Assembly: GCA_963932515.1 (NCBI GenBank)
Contig: CAWVRT010000008.1
Location: 183 to 64,182, forward strand
Length of the DNA: 64,000 nt
From: an uncultured Chitinophagales bacterium
GTDB lineage: Bacteria > Bacteroidota > Bacteroidia > Chitinophagales > UBA8649
Reading direction: 5' to 3'
The notes under the pieces are model-generated. The model had not been told where the DNA came from. It was given only the letters and a program-made list of their open reading frames with translations, and made no database searches. The position numbers and the translations under genes are program-made. Below, piece by piece: positions 48,061-59,100 of the stretch (position 1 is its first letter; each line of letters starts with the position of its first letter).

Positions 48061-49836
48061 ATGGAAAAAGAAAAGAAAAAATCTAGAATTTCAAAAGAAG
48101 ATTTAAAATCAGCTTTTTATATCTATAAGTATATGTTACCTTATAAATGGTATTTTTTATTAGGAATGCTTATGCTAGTATTTGGGTCTTTACTGTTTAT
48201 GCTTTTTCCTGCTGTTGCCGGAGAAATGATTAGCACAGCCTCGGGGGAACCGAAATATCCAATTACGATAAATCAATACGGCTTCATTTTCGTTTTTATC
48301 GCTGTAGGAATGGGTATTATATCTTATTTCAGAATATTCCTTTTTGCTATAGTGGCAGAAAATTCAATGGGAGCCATTAGAAAAGAATTATTCAAAAAAT
48401 TAGTATCTAAAGACATTGCTTTTTTCGAAAAAAGGAGAGTAGGAGAAATTACAAGTAGAATAACCGCAGATGTTGAACAAATTCAATCTGCCTTTTCTGT
48501 TACTTTAGCAGAATTCTTTAGACAATTCATTACGCTTTTTGTAGGAATTGGTTTTTTATTTTATTTATCTTGGCGTTTATCTTTAGTTATGTTAGCGGTA
48601 TTTCCTATCGTAATCATTTTTGCTATATTTTTTGGTCGGTATATTAAAAAGATATCGAAAGAAAGACAAGATAATTTAGCAGATACGAATATCATTGTTG
48701 AAGAAGTGTTTCAAGGCTTTGCTGTTGTTAAAGCTTACGTAAATGAATTGTTTGAATCTAGAGTCTATAATAGTTCAATTGATAAGTTGATTAAAATAGG
48801 TGTTCGATTCGCTAAAGCAAAAGGAGCTTTCATTTCTTTCATTTTTGTTTTCTTATTTGGCGCTATCTTTTTTATATTATGGCAAGGCGCTTTACAAATT
48901 ACTACTGGTGAAATGAATGGTGCAGAATTAAATACTTTTATCTTTTATACTATTATTATAGGTGGTGCTATTGCTGGTTTAGGAAGTCAATATACTGCTT
49001 TAGCTAGCGCTTTAGGCGCTACACAAAAAGTAAAGGAATTGTTAGAGTCTGACCAAGAAATAGATATTGAAAACATAGATTCTATCCAAGCTATGGATTT
49101 TAATAGCAATATTGAATTTAAAAATGTAAACTTTCATTATCCAACAAGAATGGATGTGCAAGTTTTAAAAGATATTTCTTTTAATGCAAAAAAAGGGAAA
49201 CATATTGCTTTAGTTGGTTCTAGTGGTTCTGGAAAATCTACTATCATTAAATTATTGTCGAATTTGTATCCTATCAATGAAGGAGAGATATTAATTGATG
49301 GAAAAAACATCAAAGACATTGATGTAAGATCATTGAGGAAAGCTATAGGGATTGTTCCGCAGGAAGTATTTTTATTTGGAGGAACTATTGAAGAAAATAT
49401 TCTTTATGGAAATCCAAAAGCAAGTAAAGCAGAATTGTTAGCAGCAATAAAACAAGCAAATGCTTTTGATTTCATAGAAAAATTTCCTAATAAAATGGAC
49501 ACTTTAGTGGGAGAGAGAGGTGTTCAACTTTCAGGTGGGCAAAAACAAAGAGTTGCCATAGCTAGAGCCATTCTTAAAAATCCTAAAATTTTAATATTAG
49601 ATGAAGCAACAAGCTCTTTAGATTCAGAAAGTGAAAAAATTGTCCAAGGTGCTTTAGAAAAACTAATGAAAAACAGAACAACATTTGTGATTGCGCATAG
49701 ATTAAGTACAATCAGAAACGCAGATAACATTTTTGTTTTTAAAGATGGTGAAATAATAGAGCAAGGAAACCATCAAGAATTGGCACAAATAAATGGTTTC
49801 TATAACACTCTATTGAAACTTCAGTTTGATGTTTAA
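48061..49836 (+). CDS. ABC exporter, fused permease/ATPase (MsbA-like)
   Basis: Six-TM N-terminal domain, Walker A GSSGSGKST, signature LSGGQKQR, and Walker B ILILDEATS. Confidence 0.9.
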   Translation: MEKEKKKSRISKEDLKSAFYIYKYMLPYKWYFLLGMLMLVFGSLLFMLFPAVAGEMISTASGEPKYPITINQYGFIFVFIAVGMGIISYFRIFLFAIVAENSMGAIRKELFKKLVSKDIAFFEKRRVGEITSRITADVEQIQSAFSVTLAEFFRQFITLFVGIGFLFYLSWRLSLVMLAVFPIVIIFAIFFGRYIKKISKERQDNLADTNIIVEEVFQGFAVVKAYVNELFESRVYNSSIDKLIKIGVRFAKAKGAFISFIFVFLFGAIFFILWQGALQITTGEMNGAELNTFIFYTIIIGGAIAGLGSQYTALASALGATQKVKELLESDQEIDIENIDSIQAMDFNSNIEFKNVNFHYPTRMDVQVLKDISFNAKKGKHIALVGSSGSGKSTIIKLLSNLYPINEGEILIDGKNIKDIDVRSLRKAIGIVPQEVFLFGGTIEENILYGNPKASKAELLAAIKQANAFDFIEKFPNKMDTLVGERGVQLSGGQKQRVAIARAILKNPKILILDEATSSLDSESEKIVQGALEKLMKNRTTFVIAHRLSTIRNADNIFVFKDGEIIEQGNHQELAQINGFYNTLLKLQFDV

Positions 49837-49856
49837 TAATTGCTAAAAACAAGGAT

Positions 49857-50477
49857 TTGGAACACTTTAACCTCATAGTCTCTATTCTACTTATTCACTT
49901 TTTGGCTGTCGCTAGTCCTGGGCCGGATTTTGTAATGGTGGTGAAAAACGCATTAACTTATTCCCGTAAAACAGGTATTTATACGGCTTTAGGAATTGGT
50001 TCTGGTATTATTGTGCATGTAGTTTATACTTTTTTAGGTGTAGGCTTATTAATAAAAGAAATTCCTGCTTTATTTAATCTAATAAAATATGTAGGGGGAA
50101 TTTACATTATCTATATGGGGGTTATGTCTATTCGCTCAAGTGCGGATAATAAAGTTTTAAAAGGCGAAAAGAAAGAAGATATTTCAAAATTTAAAGCTTA
50201 TAGAATAGGATTTTTAACAAATGCGCTAAATCCAAAAGCTTCTTTGTTTTTTTTAAGTTTGTTTACTTTAATGATAAAACCTGGAACAAATCCTTATGTA
50301 TTAATCCTACTAGGTGTTTTAATCGTACTACAGACAACTACATGGTTTATTATTATCAGTTATTTTTTTACACAAGAAAAAATTCAAAAACGATATTTTC
50401 AATATGAAAAAGTCATAAATGTAGTCTTTGGAATTATACTTATTTTATTGGCAGTAAAAGTAATTTTCTTTTCATAA
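49857..50477 (+). CDS. LysE/RhtB-family amino-acid exporter
   Basis: 206 aa with the N-terminal motif ASPGPDF and LTNALNPKASLFF. TTG start. Confidence 0.8.
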   Translation: MEHFNLIVSILLIHFLAVASPGPDFVMVVKNALTYSRKTGIYTALGIGSGIIVHVVYTFLGVGLLIKEIPALFNLIKYVGGIYIIYMGVMSIRSSADNKVLKGEKKEDISKFKAYRIGFLTNALNPKASLFFLSLFTLMIKPGTNPYVLILLGVLIVLQTTTWFIIISYFFTQEKIQKRYFQYEKVINVVFGIILILLAVKVIFFS

Positions 50478-50553
50478 AATGAAAAAAGCACATTTTGAGT
50501 TTTAAAGTTTGAAAATAATTAAAAAAGAAATTATTTTATCTGAAAAAGTATAT

Positions 50554-50561
50554 ACATTTGT
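50554..50561 (+). promoter_or_regulatory. Candidate -7 promoter box (TACATTTG) for gdhA
   Basis: Matches TAnnTTTG, 42 nt upstream of the ATG at 50603. Confidence 0.4.
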
Positions 50562-50602
50562 CCCGAAATTAATTTATTTATAAAAACCAAACCATATAAG
50601 TT

Positions 50603-51952
50603 ATGTCAAAACATCAGGCAGAAATTAATAGATTCATGGAAAGTGTTAAAGTTAAATTTGGACACGAAACTGAATTTTTACAAGCAGTAGAAGAGGTAGC
50701 AGAAGTAGTTATTCCTTTTATCGCAGACAAACCAAAATATCAAGAAGCTAAAATTTTAGAAAGAATGGTAATTCCTGAAAGAACCATTATGTTTAGAATT
50801 CCTTGGTTAGATGATAAAGGAGAAGTACAGATAAATAACGGTTATAGAGTAGAATTTAATTCTTCAATAGGACCGTATAAAGGTGGCTTAAGATTTCACC
50901 CTTCTGTAAACTTATCAATCTTGAAATTTTTAGGATTCGAGCAAGTTTTCAAAAACTCTTTAACTACATTACCTATGGGTGGTGGAAAAGGAGGAGCTGA
51001 TTTCGATCCTAAAGGAAAATCGGATAATGAAGTAATGAAGTTTTGTCAATCTTTTATGTCAGAATTATTTAGACATATTGGCCCAAATACAGATGTTCCT
51101 GCTGGAGATATTGGTGTTGGTGGAAGAGAAATCGGATATATGTTCGGTCAGTACAAAAGACTTAGAAATGAATTTACAGGTGTTTTAACTGGTAAAGGAA
51201 GAAACTGGGGTGGTTCTTTAATTAGACCAGAAGCTACTGGATACGGAACAGTATATTTTGCTAAAGAAATGTTAGCAACAAAAAATGACTCTTTTAAAGG
51301 GAAAACGGTTGCAATTTCAGGTTCTGGAAACGTAGCACAATATGCTTGTGAAAAAGCTACTGAATTCGGAGGAAAAGTAGTTACTTTATCTGATTCCAAA
51401 GGTTATATATTTGACGCTGAAGGTATTGATGCTGAAAAATTAGCTTTTATTATGGATTTAAAAAATAATAAAAGAGGAAGAATTTCTGAATACGTAAAAG
51501 CATATCCTAATGCAGTATTTAACGAAGGGAAAAGACCTTGGTCAGAAAAAGTAGATGTTGCTTTACCTTGTGCAACTCAAAATGAATTAAATGCAGCGGA
51601 AGCAAAAGTATTATTAGCAAATGGCTGTATGTGTGTAGCTGAAGGTGCAAATATGCCTTCTACACCAGACGCTGTTACTGAATTTATAAATGCAGGTATC
51701 TTATTTGCACCAGGAAAAGCATCTAATGCTGGTGGTGTAGCTACTTCAGGTTTAGAAATGTCTCAAAATTCTTTAAGAATTTCTTGGACAGCTGAAGAAG
51801 TTGATGAAAGATTACACAACATTATGATTGATATTCATAGTCAATGTGTTCAATATGGCACAGAAAATGGATTTACAAACTATGTAAAAGGAGCTAATTT
51901 AGCTGGTTTCGTAAAAGTTGCAGATTCAATGATTGATCAAGGACTTGTTTAG
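50603..51952 (+). CDS. gdhA: NADP-specific glutamate dehydrogenase
   Basis: 449 aa with LPMGGGKGG and the Rossmann motif GSGNVAQY. Confidence 0.95.
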   Translation: MSKHQAEINRFMESVKVKFGHETEFLQAVEEVAEVVIPFIADKPKYQEAKILERMVIPERTIMFRIPWLDDKGEVQINNGYRVEFNSSIGPYKGGLRFHPSVNLSILKFLGFEQVFKNSLTTLPMGGGKGGADFDPKGKSDNEVMKFCQSFMSELFRHIGPNTDVPAGDIGVGGREIGYMFGQYKRLRNEFTGVLTGKGRNWGGSLIRPEATGYGTVYFAKEMLATKNDSFKGKTVAISGSGNVAQYACEKATEFGGKVVTLSDSKGYIFDAEGIDAEKLAFIMDLKNNKRGRISEYVKAYPNAVFNEGKRPWSEKVDVALPCATQNELNAAEAKVLLANGCMCVAEGANMPSTPDAVTEFINAGILFAPGKASNAGGVATSGLEMSQNSLRISWTAEEVDERLHNIMIDIHSQCVQYGTENGFTNYVKGANLAGFVKVADSMIDQGLV

Positions 51953-51980
51953 TAATTAGTCTCTAATTGAAATAAATAAA

Positions 51981-52011
51981 AGTCTTCAAGAATTTTCTTG
52001 AAGGCTTTTTT
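51981..52011. terminator. Intrinsic terminator between convergent genes
   Basis: Stem agtcttcaag / cttgaaggct (10 bp including one G-U pair), loop aatttt, then a T-run at 52006-52011. An A-rich stretch precedes it. Confidence 0.8.
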
Positions 52012-52061
52012 AGTTTTTATTATACTAAATGATAAGATAAATGAAGTTCCAATATTAGGAA

Positions 52062-52458
52062 TCATGCTTTAAAATAAACCCAATAAGTACTCTCTCTTAA
52101 AAAAATAGATTTTTCATGAATAAGATCTAGTTCCCCATTACTGAAAAAATAGGCTCTAAATTCAACAGTTCCTTCCTTATCGCTCTCTTGACCTTTTTCT
52201 GTTTTTAAAACTTCTAATCTTACCCATTGTACAGATTTTGTCCATTGCATTAAATCTTTAAGGTCTCTTTTGTTTGGTCTTGTTGCATCATGATGACTTA
52301 GTGCTAAGTATTCTCCATTAGCTAAAGTAAAAGCCGAATATCTTGAACGCATTAATTGTTCTGCTGTCTAGCTAGTTTTATATCAAGATGAATAATACCA
52401 CAACAGATGTATAATTAAGATCATTTCCGCAAGGACAATTTTTGTTATTCAAACTCAT
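52062..52458 (-). pseudogene. YchJ-family (SEC-C motif) gene interrupted by two apparent 1-nt deletions
   Basis: Three pieces lie in three frames: MSLNNKNCPCGNDLNYTS (from 52458), CCGIIHLDIKLA, and TAEQLMRSRYSAFTLANGEYL... (ORF 52062-52352). Adding one base near 52405 and one near 52368 restores a canonical YchJ N-terminus. Confidence 0.7.
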
Positions 52459-52470
52459 TTATACTGTTGT

Positions 52471-53841
52471 TTAAAAGATGGTTAAAGCTAGCAAGAAAAT
52501 TGAAAACCCCAATAAAAACATTATTAAAGTGTAAGGTAAAATGTCTTTTGCTTTTAAACCCGTAATTCCTAATAAAGGCAATGCCCAAAAAGGTTGTAGC
52601 ATATTTGTTAATTGATCTCCATAAGCTAAAGCCATAACCATCTTTGGTAAGGCTACACCAGTTGCTTTTGCCGTTTCTACTATGATAGGACCTTGAATTT
52701 GCCATTGACCACCACCACTTGGTACAAATAGGTTGACCACTCCAGCGCTTAGAAAAGTATAGATTGGTAAAGTGAATTCATTGGCGGTGTTAGTCATAGA
52801 TTGTGCAATTAAGGAAGCTAAGCCACTAGCTTGCATAACCCCCATAATACCAAAGTATAAAGGAAATTGTATCAATATACCGCTAACATCTCCAATCGCT
52901 TCTTCTATAGCCTTTAAAAAGCTTTGTATGTTTCCGTGAAAAGTAAATGCCATTCCTAAAAGAATCAAATTAGTCGTTTGTAAATTTAAAGAAGTAAAAC
53001 TTCCAGAAACTTTCATAAACACAACAAACAAAAGAATAATTAGACCAATAAAAATACCTATGAAATTATTCTTTTCAAATTTTTCAGCCTGTGTATAATG
53101 GCCTTTATTTTGTTCAACTACAACTTGTTTTGAGCTAGAAAGTATAGGAATAGTATCGTTTGAAGACTTTTTAGCAATCAAAGCCATCACTAAAGGAATA
53201 ATTACCAATAAAGCAATTGTTGTAACCATGTTCATTGTGCTGAAAATAGTTTCAGAAATAGGGATGGAGCCCATTTTTTCAACTAATGAATGGTTCGTGC
53301 CAGCAATCGTTAAAGTTGCAGAGCCTGATAAGCCACCATGCCAAACCATTAAACCAACATAAGAAGATGCGCCAACTAAAGCATAGTTTAATTTCTTATT
53401 TTGAGATTGAAAATGTTCTCCTATTTTTCGCGTAAATATGGCCCCAAAGATTAATCCTAAACCCCAATTAAATAATGAAACTATAATCGTTAGAAACGTA
53501 ATAATGAATACTGAATTACTGGTGTTGGTACAATGCTTTAAAGTGATACTAATAATTTTTTGAGCGAAAGAACTCAATGCTAATACATGTCCTAACACTA
53601 AAATTAACATCATGTGAACGGTAAAAGCCAATAAGGAAGATTTAAACATGCCTTTAAACCAAAATTCGCCTAATTGAGGTATGTACATTTGAGTTTTATC
53701 CGTATTTTCTGTAAATACTAAAGCTAATATAAAAGTTAAAAAAGTCAATAAAATAGCAACACTAAAAGGACTTGGAAAGTATTTCTTAAAGAAATTGGTA
53801 TAAGATTTTAAAAAGTTCATGTTAGGCGTTTTGTTATACAA
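52471..53841 (-). CDS. Short-chain fatty acid transporter (AtoE family)
   Basis: 456 aa and polytopic, with an MVWHGGLSGSA-type motif. The start may be the Met at 53820 (MNFLK). Confidence 0.7.
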   Translation of the reverse strand: MYNKTPNMNFLKSYTNFFKKYFPSPFSVAILLTFLTFILALVFTENTDKTQMYIPQLGEFWFKGMFKSSLLAFTVHMMLILVLGHVLALSSFAQKIISITLKHCTNTSNSVFIITFLTIIVSLFNWGLGLIFGAIFTRKIGEHFQSQNKKLNYALVGASSYVGLMVWHGGLSGSATLTIAGTNHSLVEKMGSIPISETIFSTMNMVTTIALLVIIPLVMALIAKKSSNDTIPILSSSKQVVVEQNKGHYTQAEKFEKNNFIGIFIGLIILLFVVFMKVSGSFTSLNLQTTNLILLGMAFTFHGNIQSFLKAIEEAIGDVSGILIQFPLYFGIMGVMQASGLASLIAQSMTNTANEFTLPIYTFLSAGVVNLFVPSGGGQWQIQGPIIVETAKATGVALPKMVMALAYGDQLTNMLQPFWALPLLGITGLKAKDILPYTLIMFLLGFSIFLLALTIF

Positions 53842-53926
53842 TATTAATCAATTACTTTTGAATCATAAATTAATCTAACGACTTATCAAAGATAAACGAA
53901 AAATAACTTTATTTGCTACAACCGAT

Positions 53927-54970
53927 TTGAATTTCGATCAACGATTACAAAGGATTTCTACTTCTCTTGTAAATGCTGGATTTGATGTTTCGTTAGTTGG
54001 TAGAAAACTACAATCTTCTCCAAAGCTATTGGAACAAAATTTTGAACAAAAAAGATTTAATTGTCTTTTTAATAAAGGTGTATTATTCTATATAGAAATG
54101 AATATCCGCATTTTTTTTCACTTACTGGTTAATCAACCAGCTATTGTGGTTGCTAATGATTTAGATACTGTTCTAGGTGTGTATTTTGGAGCGAAATATT
54201 TTAAAATCACTAAGATTTTTGATGCACATGAATTATTTACAGAAGTACCAGAATTAAGGAGTAAAAAGTTTAAAAAAAATATTTGGTCTTGGATAGAAAA
54301 ACGATATTTACCAGCTTTTCAGAAACATTATACGGTAAATAATAGTTTAGCAAAAATATTTAAAGAAAGGTTGAATATTGATTTTGAAGTAGTCAGAAAT
54401 TTACCTTTTCGATCTAAATTAAAAAAGTTGAAAGGAAAGAGAGAACCTTTTATTCTGTATCAAGGGGCGTTGAACAAGGGGAGAGGATTGCCTGAAATTA
54501 TTCAAGTAATGCTACAAGTAGATATGCAATTAAAAATTGCAGGGGATGGAGATATTACAGCAGAATTAAAAAGGCAAGTAAAAGAACTTAAATTGGAAGA
54601 TAAAGTTTTTTTCTTAGGAAAATTAAAGCCTGTTTCCTTGCAAAAAATAACACAAGAAGCCTTTATCGGTCTTAATCTGTTAGAAAATACAAGTTTGAAT
54701 TATTATTATTCATTAGCCAATAAATTTTTTGATTATATACAAGCTGAAATTCCACAAATTTGTATGAATTTCCCTGAATACAAGATATTGAATAAAGAAA
54801 ATGAGGTTGCGGTTTTGGTGAAAAATTTAGATAAAGTTTCTTTACTAAAAGCGATAAAAACGTTACAGGACGAAAGTTTCTATAAACAACTCCAAAGCAA
54901 CTGCAAAAAAGCTAAGAATAAATTTCTTTGGGAGAGGGAAGAACTTAAGCTAAAGGATGTTTATTTTTGA
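53927..54970 (+). CDS. Glycosyltransferase (GT-B, family 4-like), start codon uncertain
   Basis: FDQRLQRISTSLVNAGFDVSLVGR and YQGALNKGRGL patterns. The frame is open upstream to 53879 and encodes KITLFATTD, but with no ATG, GTG or TTG before 53927. Confidence 0.65.
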   Translation: MNFDQRLQRISTSLVNAGFDVSLVGRKLQSSPKLLEQNFEQKRFNCLFNKGVLFYIEMNIRIFFHLLVNQPAIVVANDLDTVLGVYFGAKYFKITKIFDAHELFTEVPELRSKKFKKNIWSWIEKRYLPAFQKHYTVNNSLAKIFKERLNIDFEVVRNLPFRSKLKKLKGKREPFILYQGALNKGRGLPEIIQVMLQVDMQLKIAGDGDITAELKRQVKELKLEDKVFFLGKLKPVSLQKITQEAFIGLNLLENTSLNYYYSLANKFFDYIQAEIPQICMNFPEYKILNKENEVAVLVKNLDKVSLLKAIKTLQDESFYKQLQSNCKKAKNKFLWEREELKLKDVYF

Positions 54971-55153
54971 TTGATTATTACTTTTGAAAAATACAAATAA
55001 ATTATTTTTCTTTAATAAGATACTTCAAATTCATCAAAAACTAGAACCATTTCTAAGCTGTTTTTTAAATCATATTTTTTCAATTCGCTTTCAAAAAAAT
55101 CTAATTACCTAAAAACATGCTTTATATGTTGCTAAATATGATAGTATTTCTAA

Positions 55154-55795
55154 AATGAGTATCAGCAAAATTCAGAGAAATTATTAGTTAAGTATGAGAC
55201 TACTGAAAAAGAACACCAAATTGAATTATTAAAACTTAAAGAGCTAGAAAATAAATTAATTATTCAAAAAAATAAATTTAGAAATATTGTTATAATTTCA
55301 ACTTTCACAATCTCCGTTTTACTTTTATTAATGTTATTATTTCGAAATAATATTAAGCGTAAATTGTTAAATAAAAATTTAGAAATGGAAAAACAAATAG
55401 CACTCCAATCTAAATTTGAATTACATCAAAAAGAAAACGAACTATCTATAAAAATTAATTCTTTAAAAGATAATAATGAAGTCATTACTGACCTTAAAAA
55501 CAAACTAGAGAATGTTACAATAGACGATAAAAATTTTCAGCCAATTATTACAACGTTTGATTAGTCTTATATTAGTGATAAGCAATGGGATAATATTATT
55601 TATCAATACCAAAGAATTGATAAAGATTTCATTCAAAACCTAGAAACTAGATATTCTAATATTTCTATAAATGATATTAAGCTATCAATTCTTATGAAAT
55701 TAAATTATTCCAATTCGGGAATGGCAGAAATATTAAACATTACTATTTAGGGAGTTAAGAAAGCAAAACAACGATTGAAAAAGAAAATATCTTAA
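55154..55795 (+). pseudogene. Relic of a Bacteroidota TPR/coiled-coil/TM/LuxR-type-HTH regulator
   Basis: A single frame reads ...KYETTEKEHQIELLKLKELENKL...TM(IVIISTFTISVLLLLMLLF)...ITTFD*SYISDKQW...INDIKLSILMKLNYSNSGMAEILNITI*GVKKAKQRLKKKIS*. In-frame TAGs lie at 55562-55564 and 55748-55750. The N-terminal TPR part is absent, with stops upstream of 55154. Confidence 0.7.
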
Positions 55796-56185
55796 GACTA
55801 TTCCTTACAAAAGTTTAAATTTAATTAAGTGTATAGCTAGCTGTCTCTAATTTGTCTCCCGCTTAAAGTCTTTGCTATGCAAAAGTTTAAATAAATTACG
55901 GTATTAAAATAGTTTTGTAATTGTTTGCGTAAAAAAAGAGAAAGTCGATTGGCATTCTTTTTTTTTGATTTATTTAATCTTTTTGTCGTAGTCTGCTTAA
56001 AATTAATACTCAAGTGCCTTAACTGGTAAGGTAGATTCGTTAATAACCATTTATTTAACAATCATTAAGAATTCAACGAATAGTATTTTTAGACTTTTAT
56101 GGGTAATTTATTTATTTTAGTGGACCTTTAAAAAATTTGAACAACTATAAATTCAATTATTCTTTAAGTATTTAATTAAAACAAA

Positions 56186-59100
56186 ATGAAAAAAATTCTT
56201 TTTACTTTCTTTCTCTTGCTGTTAAGCTTTACTATTATTCAAGCACAAAATGTTGATGAATGGTATCAAGACGGTATCGTTGTATTTCAACTAAAACCAA
56301 ATGCAAAACTTATTATTCTGGCACAAAATCAATATGTTACGATTCAAGAAGTTGAATTCTTAAACCTTTTACAAGAAGAGTTTGGCATCATTGAAGGCTT
56401 TCAGTTTTTCCCAAATTATAAAGATGATTTGTTAAGAAACACTTATCAAATTAAATTTACAGAAATTGATAAAGTAGAAGCTTTAATTAATAAAATAGAA
56501 CAACTTCCTTTTATCGAGTATGCAGAAAAAAAGGAATTGCACGTAAAGTTTGTTACACCTAATGATTTAGGTGCCAACTCAACTACAGGGACAGGCATGT
56601 GGCATTTATATAAAATGCAAGCAGAACAAGCTTGGGACTTAAGTACTGGCTCAGCAAATATTATTGTAGCAATTACAGATGATGCAATTAAAATTGATCA
56701 TCCGGATTTAGTAAATAAAGTTATTCAAGGTAATGATGTTACCGATCAAAATAGTAATAACCCATCACCTTGTGGCGGAAATGACGGAAACCATGGTACA
56801 CACGTTTCAGGAACTGTTGGGGCAGATACTAATAACGGTATGGGTGTAGCATCCATAGGGTGGAATGTAAGTATTATGCCAGTAAAAATTGGTCGCTGTT
56901 CTGATGGTGCTTTAACGGGTGGATATGAAGGAGTAGCTTGGGCAGCAAACAATGGCGCTGATGTAATAAATATGTCTTGGGGAGGTGGAGGTTCTTCTAC
57001 TTTCGGTCAAAATGTAGCAAACAATGCAACCAATCAAGGAGCTATTTTAGTAGCCGCAGCAGGTAATGATGGCACGAATCAACTTTTCTACCCAGCGGCA
57101 TATAACAATGCAATAGCCGTTGCTTCTACAACAAACACAGATGCTAAATCTAGTTTTTCTCAATATGGAAGTTGGATTGATATTGCTGCTCCGGGTTCTG
57201 CTATTCTAAGTACATGGGCTGATAATGGATATAATAGAATTCAAGGAACATCAATGGCTTCACCAAATGTAGCTGGATTATTGGGTTTAATGAAATCTCA
57301 TGCGCCTAATGCTACCAATGCCGATTTAATTCAATGTTTGTATAGTTCTGCCGATCCAGTAACTTCTTTTACCGCAGATATGGGCGCAGGAAGAATCAAT
57401 GCATATGCAGCCATGCAATGTGCTGGAAATTTTTCTTTTGATACAGATGCTGGAATTTCAGAAATTATTCAACCAAATGGTAATATTTGTGGAAGTGATT
57501 TTATACCTCAAATTCAATTGAGGAATTTTGGAAGTAATCCATTGACAACAGTTTCTATTAATTGGGAATGGAATGGAACACCAAATACTTTTAACTGGAC
57601 AGGAAATTTAACAACAGGGCAAACAGATTTAATTACCCTACCTCTTCAAATTGCCGTAGGTGGTAGTTATACTTTTACCGCAACAGCCAACTTATCAGGC
57701 GACCAAAATGCTTCAAATAATACATCAATAGAAAATTTTGTAGTAGATCCTACCGGACAAGAAATTGATTTAAATATAATAACCGATTGTTATGGTTCAG
57801 AAATTACTTGGAATATTGTAGATGATAATAACATTACTGTATTAAGTGGTGGTCCATATTCAAATGTAGCAGGTGGAGAAACGATTAGCAATATCTATTG
57901 TTTGCCTGTAGGTTGCTACACTTTTAATATAGCAGATTCTTATGGCGATGGAATGTACGGAAGCCAATGGGATGGTTGTTCTGATGATGGAGATTATACT
58001 GCTGAAACCGTAACAGGAATTCCATTATTTGAAATGACGGCAGCAAATGCTGATTTTGGAAATAGCACTTCACATGATTTTTGTTTAATAGCAGATGGTG
58101 TTGATAATGATGCAAGTATATCTCAAATTATTAATCCTGCTGGAACATTATGTTCTACGCAAATATTGCCAGAAGTAAGCATTAAAAATTATGGGAGTAA
58201 CAATTTAACTTCTGCTGTTATAAATTATTCTACGGGTGGAGGTAACCAAACTTTTAATTGGTCAGGAAATTTAACAACAGGGCAAAGTCAAGTAGTTACC
58301 CTTCCAAATATTACTGCTGCTCCAGGAAATATTGTTTTTTCTGCTTTTACTAGTTCACCAAATGGAGGACTAGATGATAATTTAACCAATGATTTATCGC
58401 AGGTGAATGTTACCGTTTATGCCAACGGATTAAATTTACCTTTCACTGAAAGTTTTGAAAGCAATTCATTTAATACAAATTTATGGACTATTCTAAATCC
58501 AGATAATGATATTACTTGGGATATTGTAACAACAGCAGGGAACACACCAGGTAATAAATCTGCTAGAATGAATTTTTATAACTATACACAGGCTTCTCAA
58601 AGAGATGGTTTAGTTTCGCCTATGATTAATTTAAATGGTTATTCTTCGGTTGAATTAGATTTTGAACATGCCTATAGAAGATTCACGGTACAAGGATCTA
58701 ACCAACCAGCGCCAACAGATTCATTAATTGTTTATATTTCTTCAGATTGTGGAGTCAATTGGCAAAGAGTCTTCCAAGGAGGAGAAAATGGAACAGGCTC
58801 TTTGGCTACCAATGTTTCAACTAACCAAGATTTTGTACCACAAACTATTGAAGATTGGTGTTTGCAACAAGTTTTAGTTAACGGAAATCTAATTGGTTCA
58901 AATTGCTTCACGGTAAATTTGGATGCCTTTATTGGAGAACAAATTTTTGTTCGTTTCGGTGGCTTTAATGCCGGAACACAAGGAAACAATTTCTACTTAG
59001 ACAACATAAACATTACAGGAGTTCCTGTTCCTAATCAATTTGATGCGGGTATAAGCGACGTCTTAAATCTAAGTTCTATTTGTGGAACTAGTTTTGAACC

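Noticed and set aside
52445-52705. 86-aa minus-strand ORF overlapping the 3' end of the AtoE-like transporter gene.
   Set aside because: It is an alternate frame of a strongly supported 456-aa transporter ORF. Its 3' end runs into the ychJ-like start region, and it has no motif.
55562-55750. Programmed recoding of the two in-frame TAG codons (readthrough or pyrrolysine-type) in the regulator-like frame.
   Set aside because: TAG is used as the normal terminator of intact genes in this window (for example 11577-11579 and 12241-12243). The frame also lacks its N-terminal part and a start codon, so a decaying pseudogene is the simpler explanation.
55837-56061. 74-aa minus-strand ORF in the gap upstream of the S8 peptidase gene.
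   Set aside because: It is Lys/Arg/Leu-rich and low-complexity, with no motif, and lies in a probable promoter or leader region. It has the typical look of a spurious AT-rich ORF.
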